This document shows, one piece after another, positions 36,325 through 47,539 of a stretch of DNA of 64,000 nt. The stretch comes from Mobula birostris. Lineage: Eukaryota. The notes below the pieces were generated by a model. The model did not search any database. It saw only the letters and a program-made list of their open reading frames with translations, and was not told where the DNA came from. Positions within the stretch are counted from its first letter, which is position 1. Each line of letters opens with the position of its first letter. The position numbers and the translations under genes are program-made. Location: the NCBI RefSeq assembly GCF_030028105.1, contig NC_092377.1, positions 126,684,242-126,748,241 on the forward strand, read 5' to 3'.

Positions 36325-37610
36325 CTATTCCACCCGCCCCCCACCCCCCCCCCACTTCGATGGAACGGTGTTATGAGTTTCCGGACGGTCAGGTACAGTC
36401 CGGCCCCCGGACAGGACGTCAGACAGTGAAAGGGGACCTGACTTTCGCTGCCGCACCTTCCTGTCCCGGCTGAGCGGCCGCAGCTCCTCTCGTGTCGGGT
36501 GTCCGGAGCGCCAGCGCTCGACCCCGAGAGGAAAGCAATTCCAGAGGGATCGGCTGGTCCCAACCGAAGAGGAGAGCTCGCCTGGCGGGGAAGGGAGCGA
36601 CAGATCGGAGCCGCTGACTGAACTCAGTGGACAGCCTATGAGCAGGTGGAGAGTGAGGAGGTGATGGCGGCCCGGAGCTCTATGAGTATCTGCCTGTCTC
36701 TCCGTCTCCATTAACCCTAACCATTCTTTCTGTCTCCCCACATCTCCATGACCCCATCTCCCTCCCTCTTTCTCTTCATCGCTCTCGCTCTTACTCTTTC
36801 CCTCTCTCTGTGTCTTGTCACCCTGATCTGAATCACAAAGATGGCGATTCTCGGTGCAGATCAGTTTGAACGTCTCTGCTGAGGAACCACAGCGGGAGGG
36901 GCGGTGAGGAGACAGGGCAAGTGAGGGATCGCACGACCAGTGTGGTAACTCAGGAGAAAGAGGTTCCCGTACCCATTTGTATAACTGGCGGGTCATCTTC
37001 CGGTGCCCGGGATCATGTAGTGCAGGTGACACCCGGTAGCACTGAAATAAATCGGGTGGGAGTGTTGTCACAGAGTCCGCACCACACACAGTTACTGTAC
37101 TGCGGAACGGAGCTGGCCTGCCAGTGTGCGGTCAGTGAATTAGTCACAGCGAAACACAGGAGAGGGGGAGACGTGGTGAACAGGATGTGGTGTAGATGAC
37201 ACCAGGCGGAGGTGGGGGATGTGAGTGAGGGTGCAGGAAAAGCGAGGGAGCAGAGAGAAAGGGGCAGTGTGAGGAGGAGAAAAGTGAAGAAGAGGAGGAT
37301 GGGGTGAAGAAGAGAGAGGGAAATATATAAGGAGGGAGTGTGGGCTGAAAAAATATCTTGGGGTAGTAGGAGGAAGAGAGCCTGAGATTGGAAACGAGAG
37401 AGAGAAACAGAGGGCAGAAAATGAGAGAAAGAGAGAGAGAAACAAATGTAGATTGGAAAGGGACAGGTTGAGGAAGGTTTACGGCGGATGCGATCTGAAA
37501 GACTCTTCACACGGCCTTGGATTACGAGGACAATACAAATACCTGTGACAGGATGCTGGTCTCTGTTGGAAGAACGGCCGATTTGCTGCCTGTCGTATTG
37601 GGGCTAGCCC
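36325..37610 (-). CDS. Putative unassigned gene C: exons 37543-37610, 36822-37117 and 36325-36581
   Basis: Three AG...GT exons after pyrimidine tracts join in frame (phases 0/2/1) to about 205 aa; AATAAA on the minus strand at 36270-36275. No recognisable domain and no start exon found. Confidence 0.3.
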
Positions 37611-37819
37611 ACTGGGCGCAGAGGGAGAGGGAGAGGGAACTGAGAGGACTGTGTGGTAAATGAAGCCGGCGTCTATATGGGAGATGGTAATGTCATGGCT
37701 ACGGATAGAAGGTTTGCGTAGGGGATCACGGGGAGAGTTGGGGACGGTTATTGGCCAGAGGTTGCCAGTCTTTGGACCTCGTCACCCTCTGCACCTTCCC
37801 CTCCATCCCGGTGTTTCAG

Positions 37820-38095
37820 ACGCTCCCTCACTACCCTCTTCCTCACCACACGCTCGTTAGGGACTCCGAGTAGCTCCTACGTGAGAGTCCACAGCGATGT
37901 TCGGGGGATGATGGACCTACGGGCTTTGATCTACTCCTAATCGATTAGTTTATCCGTGAGCGATCCCGGCTGGGTGCAGCCTTCACTGAAACTGAGATTG
38001 GCTCCGGGACTCCCTCCACCTCGCCTTCTCCCACCGAGCCACTCTAACACCGACCACTGACTGGCATCCCGAATGGCAGCCGCTGCTCCGAGGTT
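37820..38095 (+). pseudogene. Decayed third copy of the VJ-type V exon
   Basis: Aligns with the 40319 and 41855 exons and their upstream intron. First Cys codon TGC>AGC; TAC-CGC-TGC (YRC) > GAC-CAC-TGA at 38052-38060; internal deletions. Confidence 0.8.
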
Positions 38096-38152
38096 TCAGC
38101 AGAATTCCGGTAATCCACAATCCAGTTGTTCAGGGCCCTGATGCTTCAAGAT

Positions 38153-38490
38153 ACCCGTTTCTCGCTCCCTTTGAACCCACCGAGGTCCATTTCCCGCTCC
38201 TTTTTCAACCCACCACGACCCCGTTTTCCGCGCCCTTTAAACCCACCGAGACCCGTTTCCCGCTTCATTTAACCCCATAGGGATTAGTTTCTCCCTCTCG
38301 TTAAACCGACCGGGACCCGCTTCCCGCTCCACAACGCACAGTTTGATTCTCTCTCTGCAAATCCACCGAAACCATTTCCCGCTCTTTTTAACCCACAGGG
38401 ACCAGTTGCTCGCTCCCTTTAAACCCACTGGACCCGTCTGCCGCTCCCTTTAAAACCACAGGGACCCAATTCGTTGCTCCCTTTAAACTG
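38153..38490 (+). repeat. Degenerate ~31-bp tandem repeat (core cccgctccctttaaacccac)
   Basis: About nine imperfect copies are visible. Confidence 0.75.
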
Positions 38491-39302
38491 AACTAATTCA
38501 ATATATAAATAATATTCTCTGCGTGAAAGATCATTTCAATGTGCTGTGCCAGGCAGCCCACCGGGCAGTTTCGCCACTTAGGATGCCCACAACTTACTAA
38601 GATTGCTTTCAAGACCAGCGTTATTTGTCATATGGACATGGAAATAGACAGTGAAATGGGTTGTTTGCATCGATGACCAACACATTGCCAGGATTGTACT
38701 GGGCCCGCAAATGTCTCCATGCCTCCCGTGCCAACATAGCCTGTGCAAAACTGACTAATCTGTACCCGTACGCCTTTGGAATTTGGGAGGAAACCGGAGC
38801 ACCCGGAAACCCAAATGTTTGGGCAGCGACGGGAATCGAAACCGGATTATCCTCGAAATGACGTCTTCCTGCAGAGTTACGGTTGTTTATCAAACAATTT
38901 TGGTGTAGTATGATCAAATTCGGAGAGAGATTGTAGATGACAGGTTTGCAAAGGGGGCTTTTCAGTTCTGTGCAAAATTACAGCAACGTTGGACAGAGGA
39001 AACAAGTAGTGTGTGTGTGTGGGGGGGGTGGGGGTGTGACGGGAGGGGGTTGCACATCAGTTGATGTACAGATTCGAGCAGGTCCACAGCTCCCTGAATG
39101 AGACAACGTGTGCATGGGGTGGTGAAAATATGTAACTGGTAACTTGGTTTATCATTGTCACAGTGAAAAACTTTGTTCTGCACGTCAGTCCAGATCATTT
39201 CACTACAGCAAAGTATTTCGTCCCTTCGTCCGCCGACACTTGCTAAGGTGTTTCTTTATGCGTCCTCAGAGCTGTGTTAATTGAAAATACTTTGACTATG
39301 CG

Positions 39303-39351
39303 ATGATGAGGGCGCAGCTCCGAAAACTGATCTTGCTCCTTCTGCTACTGG
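39303..39351 (+). CDS. VJ-type receptor exon 1: leader MMRAQLRKLILLLLLL, phase 1
   Basis: ATG, Leu-rich signal peptide, donor G|gtaaga. Confidence 0.85.
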
Positions 39352-39382
39352 GTAAGAGAACCTCTCTTTCTGCTCGGGACAC

Positions 39383-39390
39383 GTGTGTGT

Positions 39391-39469
<79 letters not shown>
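39383..39469 (+). repeat. Compound (GT)n(GA)n microsatellite in intron 1
   Basis: Directly visible. Confidence 0.95.
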
Positions 39470-39473
<4 letters not shown>

Positions 39474-40318
39474 AGAAAATGACCGAAAGATTCTGTGTCT
39501 GTGTGGCCCGTTCCCCATAGAGTGACAGTATGCATGAAGGGTCGGAGTGTTGGGAAGAATTTCCGTCGTTTCGGGGTGAAGGAGTTAGGCTGTCAATGTA
39601 GAGAAGAAGAAGAAGGGGTGTGTGTTGTTGACAGGGGAGTGTCATGGATTCGGGAAAGGTCATTGGTTACGGGGAGAGGTGCTGGTTGATATTGAGCAGA
39701 GGTTGCCTGACTTTGAGCTGTTTTGGACGCCGCATCCGGGTCACTCTCTGCACCGCTCCGCTCCCTCCCGGTGATACAGACGCTCCCTCACCACACTTGT
39801 CTCTATCTTCCCCAACTCTTACCATTATCACTGGTTGTAACGTGGTCTGATGGAAAATTCTCCCCACGTGCCCAAAGATTTACCTGTATTTACACCCTTC
39901 AATATCCCTTTAAAACTCTAACATAACTCATACCCCAGAACTCTCCCTGATGGGTCACTGTTTGATACCTGGACAAACGCCTCGCCTTCCCCACACAAAC
40001 TTGTATTAATCACGATCTACTCTCCAGGCTGGAGACTTGTACTCATTCAACTTTCTCAAATCGGTTCCACTCCGGGTTAACACCATGTTGTCTGGCAGAC
40101 TTCCTTTTTATTTAGCACATACCAAGGACGAATCATGTTTAACTCTTTCCTTACAATTTGAGATCACTCCACGTTTACTCTCTGCCCCTCCCAACCTCTA
40201 CCCTCGCTACTCTCTCCCTATCTCCTTGTGTTACAGACGCGCCCTCTCCACTCTCTCTCTGTACCACTCTCCATGTGTTACGGACGCTCCCTCACTATTC
40301 TCTCTCACTGTGTTACAG

Positions 40319-40678
40319 ACAGCTCCCTCGCCACCCTCTCCGTGTCCCAGTGGCCTCGGAGGTTGGAGGTCCCGAGTGGCTCCAACGTGACGCTGCACTG
40401 CGAAGTTCTGGGGCTGACGGAGCCCCGGGTGATAATCTACCCCTATTGGGTGATCGGCGGGACGGAGGAGGGGGAAGAAGAACGTGTCGTCTACCCGCCC
40501 CCACAAGAAACCCGGCGGGAAGACGCCCTACCTGAGAGTGAGATCGGCACGGGACTCTCCCTCCAACTCCGGCACCTCCGCCCGAGCCACTCCAACACCT
40601 ACCGCTGCCTGGCGTCCGTTCACCTTCCCGACCGGCGGCTGCTGCTCCGAGGGAACGGGACCGTGCTCCTGGTACGAG
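40319..40678 (+). CDS. VJ-type receptor V exon 1 (NKp30/NCR3- or XMIV-like IgV)
   Basis: 360-nt phase 1-1 exon: VSQ...VTLHC...YW...LSLQLRHLRPSHSNTYRC...GNGTVLLVR, with a germline J-like GxGTxLxV motif; donor G|gtgagt. Confidence 0.9.
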
Positions 40679-41854
40679 GTGAGTCTCCGGTCCCACTACC
40701 CTTGTTCCCCACTAGCTGCCCCCAGATTCCCGCTTCCCTCCTGGGATCCGATCCCATATCATGTTCAGTTTTAATATATATAATTTTCCTGACTTGCTGG
40801 GTTAGATCCCAGTCTCTAACCGGCTCACGAGTAGTGTATCTGTGTATCTTTGGATAAATTGTGTAAGTCTGAGGGGATGAGGGAGCTGGAGAATTGTTGT
40901 AGGAGAGAGGGAGGAGGGGACGCCTGAGGAGGAGAAGGAAATGTCATGGATACGGGTGGAATGGGAGGAGGGATATGGGGAGAAGTGGGAGGGTTAGGCA
41001 GAGTTTGCCCGATTTGGGGCTGTGTTTGCGTAACGATAATTGTTTAAAATGTCGTTCTGTGGTCTTTCCTGATGCAGCAATAAGCATTCCGGTCTATATT
41101 TGCACACAAAGGGGACAACTGTACACATGTTAAACGACAATAAATTGTTTTACTAGGGTTATATAAACATGCAATGCAAAAAGGAAAACGAAGGGTTAAT
41201 GATGTCGCCAAAAACAAACACTTCTCGTCCACTGAACGAACTGATCTGCAGATGCCGGAAGGAATCACAGATACCACAAACTTTCAGTTCTTTCCCTCTC
41301 TCTCTCACTGGACGTAATTGTCTCTATCTTCGCCAACTCTTAAACCATTATCACTGGTCGTAACGTGGTCTGATGGAAAATTCTCCCCACTTGCACAAAG
41401 AAAACCCGTATCTACACCCTTCAATATCCCTTTAAAACTCTAACAGAACTCATACCCCAGAACTCTCCCTGATGGGTCACTGTTTGGTACCTGAAAAAAG
41501 GCCTCGCCTTCCCCACACAAACTTGTTTTAATCCATGATCTACTCTCCAGGCTGGAGACTTGTACTCATTCAACTTCCTCAAATCAGTTCCACTCCGGGT
41601 TAACACCATGTTCTCTGGCCGACTTCCTTTTTATTTTGGCACATACCAAAGACGAATCATGTTTAACTCTTTCCTTAGAGTTTGAGATCACTCCACGTTT
41701 AATCTCTGCCCCTCCCATCCTCTTTCTCTGTACAGACGCTCCTTCACTACTCCCTCCCTCCCTGTGTTTCAGACCCTCCCTCACTACTCTCTCCACTTCT
41801 CTCCATGTGTTACAGACGCTCCCTCAACATTCTCCCTCTCTCACTGTGTTACAG

Positions 41855-42214
41855 ACATCTCGCTCGCCACCCTCTACGTGTCCCAGTGGCCTCGGAGGTT
41901 GGAGGTCCCGAGTGGCTCCAACGTGACGCTGCACTGCGAAGTTCTGGGGCTGACGGAGCCCCGGGTGATAATCTACCCCTATTGGGTGGTCGGCGGGACA
42001 GAGAACGAGGGAGAGGAACGTATCGTCTATCCGACTCCCGAGGGATCCCGGCAGCAAGATGCTCTACCTGAGAGCGAGATCGGCACGGGACTCTCCCTCC
42101 AACTCCGGCACCTCCGACCGAGCCACTCCAACACCTACCGCTGCCTGGCGTCCGTTCATCTTACCGACCGGCGGCTGCTGCTCCGAGGGAATGGGACCGT
42201 GCTCCTGGTACGAG
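41855..42214 (+). CDS. VJ-type receptor V exon 2 (tandem duplicate)
   Basis: 360-nt phase 1-1 exon, 14 aa different from V1; intact splice sites. Confidence 0.9.
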
Positions 42215-42466
42215 GTGAGTCGCCGGTATCTCTCCCCTCGTTCACTTTTCACCGCCGCTTACATGATTCCTCCTGGGATTGGATCGCAGGTCCAGTTTTG
42301 TTATTTCATATATAACCCCTCCCCCAGAACGCTTGGATTAGATCCCAGCCTGTAACCCACTCCCAGCAATGTTATTCTCTATATAAACCCCTGAAACCTC
42401 AGAATACATCCCATCCTTAGTTCGCCTCGGTGAACCGTCTCACTCTGAACTCCGATTTACTCTCAG

Positions 42467-42621
42467 GTTCTCCTCGGGAGCCACTGCCTTTTTACATCCT
42501 GCTCGTCCTGAAGGCGCTCGCTCTCCTAGTCCTGACCACCGTGTACCGGCTCCCAAAGAGCAACAGCGAACCAGCGCACCGAGCGCCCACTGGCGGTCGT
42601 TCCGTAAAGTGCGGACTCTGA
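42467..42621 (+). CDS. VJ-type receptor TM/cytoplasmic exon with TM lysine
   Basis: Acceptor gatttactctcag|; GSPREPLPFYILLVLKALALLVLTTVYRLPK...KCGL*; short tail without ITIM or ITAM. L-V1-V2-TM CDS is 924 nt (307 aa). Confidence 0.85.
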
Positions 42622-43610
42622 GGCGACAGCGACAGTGGAGAAAAAGCCCCATCACTGCTGGCGGACCCAGGACACCTCCCTAAGTACGTCCTCCTGCGGC
42701 CTGGACTGTGCCAGCAACCAGCTTTCTCCTACCGACATCTCACTGTCAGGAGAGACCAACAAATTTCCGACAGACCAAAGGACGTCCTTCATCGAGCCGA
42801 TGATCTTCCAGTAGAATTTGATGCCCGTCTGTGTGTGACCTGGGAAATAGTCTGTTTCTCAGCGAATCCTTCGTTTCACAGCTGACAGAGATTAACCCGA
42901 TCACAGCCGTCCCGAAGGTAACGTGTTGTGGTAATGATAGAGGAAGGTTCCTACCGGGAGGGACATTTTCAGCTCGGCCTAGCGATGTCTTTGTGCTTGT
43001 TACTGCGATCAGGCGATGAGGCGTTCTGCCGTTTGCTCAGCGATTCACCCCATGGCCTTTCGTTCTTAAATTCATAGTGAATGCTTTCATTAGTGTTCGA
43101 TTACATTCCTTAATAACATTTGGATCGTTGTCACTCTTGTACACTGCTACAGTAATTAAGGAGCTTCCTCACCCAACCCGGCCCCGCCCTCTCCAGTAGT
43201 GAAGGAACATTACACTGTGGCGCTTCCTCACCGAGCCCTGCGGTGCCTGAACCCGGCTTCAGCGCCTCCCTCAGCACGGTGTCTTGTCGCCATTCGGCAG
43301 CTCCCATCCACGGACATCTCGATGACCAATGAGGTCGGGCGGACCAAAGGCGCCTTTCACCGAGTTGATGATCTGCCGGCTGCAATTGATGTCCGTCTCC
43401 TTGTGTGTCCCTGCGAACAGCCCGGAGATGTGAGAGTCCTCTGTCACGCAACTGCTCGGGATGAACAATGAAACACGACTTCTCACCTCTCCACATCATT
43501 CAGTGCAGACTCTGCCGCCGCAAACACCTCCCGTCAGTCAATGCATTCCGGGTTCTTTCCTGCAGCGTCTGTCTGATCCATCCATCTGATTGGTTGTTGA
43601 TATTTCTTCA

Positions 43611-45650
43611 AGGACAGGTTGCCTGCTTGCATTCCTTTACAGACAAAGGAAGGAGGGACTCTTTGAGTGACAGGTGATGCTCAGCCTGGTGAAATAAATA
43701 GGAGGTCAGATGATACAGACCTCAGACACATGATCTGGACACTGAATGAGCATCGTTGTGCCTGCAGAGAAAGTGGGTTTTGGAGGATCGATCAGGCGGA
43801 TCAATACAAAATTGCCATTCCAACGGTGAAGAAGGGGTTGACTGGTGGGGAGTTGTCTATGTGTCCACTCTCGCCTGGGTGATAGCTCCACCACAGGAAG
43901 ACCGGTCCCCCTGGTTGAAGTCACAGTCGGTGACTTGTAAAGGATTTCGGAGGACGACGAGAAGATCGACGCCATCAGCTCACCTGAAGACTCAACTCAC
44001 TCTCTCTCTCTCTCTCTCCATCACTACTCAACTAAATACCATGAACTGAACTGAACTGAACTGAACTTTACTCAACATCGTAAGACTGTATCTTTTTACT
44101 CCTAGACTTAAAGAAGCTAGTTTTTTCATACATATATATTCCACACTTACTATTGTATATAATCATTGCTAACCTGTTTGATTTATCTGCATTTATATTA
44201 CTGTATTGCGTAGTTACTAATAAATATTATTCCTTTATAGCAATACGAGACTCCAAAGTGTTTTCCATCTCTGCTGGTTTCCTAACCCCTGTCACGGGGT
44301 ACGTGACACTTGTTAAAAGGATACGGGGTGTTCCTTTGACAGAGAGGGCTAAAGAGATATCAGCATTTGTGACACCATCTAGTCTGTATGAGTACAATGT
44401 TTTACACATCGGGATGAAAAATGCTCTGGGGACATTTCAAAGAATGGTCAGTTCTGTGATTGGAGGGTTAGAAAGCACAGGGTTTATATCAATGATTTAG
44501 TGGTCTGGAAGGACACGTGGGAAAAGTAGATTGCAGCTGTAGAAAAACAGTTTGACAAAACTTTCCAAGGCCAATCTTACTGTGAACCTCGCTAAAAGTA
44601 GGTTTGGTCATGCTACTGTTATTTATCTTGGCTATGCAGCAGGCCAGGGCCCCCTGGCTCCTGTACAGCCCAAGGTTCAAGCGATTGCTGAAGTTCCTGT
44701 TCCGACCGGCAAGGAAGCTTTAAGAAGGTTTTTAGGAATGGTTGGGTATTACTGTAAGTTATGTAAGATCTTTGCTGACATCGCTCTACCCCTAACAAAA
44801 CTCCTGGGGAAGAGTGAAAGATCTGTATGGAATGACCTTTGCCAGGAGGCATTTGAACATCTGAAAACCATCCTGTGCTCAAAGCACCAGATTTTTCCAA
44901 GCCATTTTCTATAGCAACAGACGCTAGTGACAAAGCTGCTGGGGCAGTACTGTTACAGGAAAGAGTGAATAACATTGAACATCCAGTAGCTTATTTCTCA
45001 AAGAACTTTAATGTACACCAGAAAAATTATTCAACTGTTGAAAAGGAATTACTAGCACTTATTCTGGCCTTACAACATTTTGAGGCCAATGTTAAAAAAA
45101 AAGACCTCGAAATCTTTCTGTTGCCCAGAGACCACTTGTAATTTACACGGATCATAATCCGTTGGTGTTTCTAACTAAAATGAAGGATAAGAATAGAAGG
45201 TTATTAAATTGGAGTCTGATATTGCAAGAATTTGATCTGACAATCAGACATGTGAAAGATACTGACAATATTATAGCTGATTAGTTATCCAGATATTAAG
45301 TTGGAAATTGTACACATTTTTGCTCTGTCATCTAATGATTTTATCTGTACTTTCAAACTCTGTACTTTACATTTAGACAAAAAAAATTCATCGTCAATTT
45401 TTTTTTCTGAAGAAAGGGAGTGTGACAGAATCCTGAATTACCCCTATAAATTGTGCTCGTTTACCCCTATTAACTGTGCTTTTGAAAAGAGAGAGAGTTA
45501 TTTAACATCGATATCTTGTTTTGAAGAGAGAGAGAGAGAGACGAAGACTAACTGTTGGACTGTCACTTTAAGGCACTGGAAGTAACTTTTGGATTTCTGC
45601 TGAGTTGGAGAGAGAGATGGCACCGAGCAGCTCGTAAGTTGCTATGGTTC
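43611..45650 (+). mobile_element. Internally deleted Gypsy (probably Gmr1-type, IN upstream of RT) with partial LTRs
   Basis: LTR 3' part 43611-44308 is fused to RT (VPLTERAKEISAFVTP). RNase H (ATDASDKAAGAVL, YSTVEKELLAL) ends ~120 bp before PPT aagaaagggag and the LTR start TGTGACA at 45421. Confidence 0.85.
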
Positions 45651-45659
45651 ACTGGCAGG

Positions 45660-46015
45660 AGTGGGAATGAATAGTTGGGTGTGCTTTACCCGTGGTGGAC
45701 TGGGCCGTATCTACTACTTTTTGTATTCCATTCAAGGGCATTGGTGTTTCCACACCAGACTGTATGCAGCCAGTCAATATACTCTCCGCACACACATCTA
45801 CAGAAGTTTGTCAAAGTTTTAGAAGTCACGCTGAATCTCTGCAAACTCCTAAGGAAGTAGAGGTGCTGCCGTACTTTCTTCATAATTGCATTCATTTGCT
45901 GGGCCCATAACCCTTGAAATCATAACCTTGGAGTTTAAAGCTGCTGATCCTCTCCACCTCTGACCTTCCGATGAGGAGTGGCTCATGGCCTCTGGTTTTC
46001 TTCTCATGAAGTCAA
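45660..46015 (-). mobile_element. Rex/Babar- or L2-like LINE fragment
   Basis: Reverse frame KKVRQHLYFLRSLQRF...TLTNFCRC...IDWLHTVWCG. Confidence 0.65.
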
Positions 46016-46018
46016 TAA

Positions 46019-46760
46019 CACTGGACAACAAAGAATTTGCTTCCTGAATACTTTTGGGTGAACTTTATGGACTTTAGGCTGCTGATCATGCAAAATCACC
46101 ATGAAATTTCCCTATCACACAGCATTTTTTTAAAAACTCACCTATATTTGTTATTTCAATTTATTATTAAAGTCAATTAAAATGTTACCAACAAGGTAAA
46201 TTGAAAAGTTCTGCATCATGTCCAGGTATTCCTTGGCATGTTTAGGCAGGGTGGATCCTACAGGGCAGGACAGGTTTTAGAAAAAGCAATAAAGCATCTC
46301 ACACACACCATTCTATGCATTGTGTTTACATATATATTGGTTTGCTGTCACATTGGTGTGCATGCATTCATTATAATAAAGTAACTGTATTTTCAGGAGT
46401 ATTTGTACAAAAAAATGTCTTGCTGACGTTGCAACAACTCTGATTCTTTGTTACATTTGTGACGAGTATACACTAAAATCTCAAAGACGGAAATTGACTC
46501 CTCTTATTAAGAAAGCCCATGAGCTTTACGTTGGGTGGAAAATTGGCGATTCAGACAAAGCCTGGGCTGCTTGCATTTGTTGCAAAACATGCACAGTCGA
46601 TCATAAAGCTTGGCTCAGAAGTACTCAGAAGTCAATTCTGTCTGCTGTCGTGATGACATGGCAGAAGCAGAAGGATCATGTGACAGACTGCTATTTCTGT
46701 CTAACCGGTGTGTCTGGTTTCTCGGCTGAAACAAGAAATCCATTGAATGCCCCAATCTCC
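46019..46760 (+). mobile_element. Chapaev3-like DNA transposon 5' remnant
   Basis: CAC-initial end; Cys-rich N-terminal domain KIGDSDKAWAACICCKTC...QKDHVTDCYFCL. The family assignment is from memory of this motif. Confidence 0.55.
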
Positions 46761-47539
46761 CTTCATCAACCTGCAGGCACCCTCACACAAACACACAACC
46801 CAAACACACCCTCACACAAACACACAACCAACAGACATCCTCACACAAACACAACCAAAGGACACCCTCACACACCAAACACACAACCTACTGACACCCT
46901 CAGTTGCCAAACACACAACCTACGCACACCCTCACACAATCTGTATTGTTGAGCAGTTTAGGATTGTCACAGGAGACACACCTGGGGTAGTTCGCAACAG
47001 CTTCACTCTTCATTACTGACAAACTTTTTAAATATCCTGACATCAGTGCAGACTGAAGGTGGGGACAATACAATCAGAGACAGTGTCAGGGTTTTAGGTA
47101 GGTTCAAGAATATGATGGAAGCGGAAAGGAAGCTGTTATTGAGCCTTGAGGTGTGGGCCTCAGATTCCTGTACCTCCGGCCTGGTTTGTGGGGGTCCATG
47201 ATGATGAATGCCGCTTTCCTGAGACATCGCATCTTGTAGATCTTCCTTGATCATGGTAAAAAGTGTAATAGATCCAGCTCACTCCCTCTGTTCTCTGCAG
47301 CCTCTAGCCAACTTTAAAGATCAAAAATTCTCCCTGATGTCTGCCAACATTAAAGATCATGACATCTCCATGTGACATCTGCCAACATTAAGGTACATAT
47401 GCCATTCGTCAAATTGTCAAATCAAAAGTGCACTAAATTTAGATGTAGAATTTGTCATGTTAAAAGTTGTGAAAGCTCAATGTATTATTTGCCGACATTC
47501 AAAGTCATTTCAAAATGCTGCATGGTTAACATGAAACAT

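Noticed and set aside
36195-36581. Annotation as a TNF/lymphotoxin gene
   Set aside because: The GxYxxYSQ aromatic core is absent and motif spacing and length are wrong; kept only as a testable remark.
40313-40696. Minus-strand and alternative-frame ORFs over the V exons
   Set aside because: They are GC-rich shadows of the real V-exon frame.
47390-47520. piggyBac-like Cys-rich C-terminal fragment (CTKFRCRICHVKSC)
   Set aside because: Single short motif without TIRs, TTAA sites or a transposase core.
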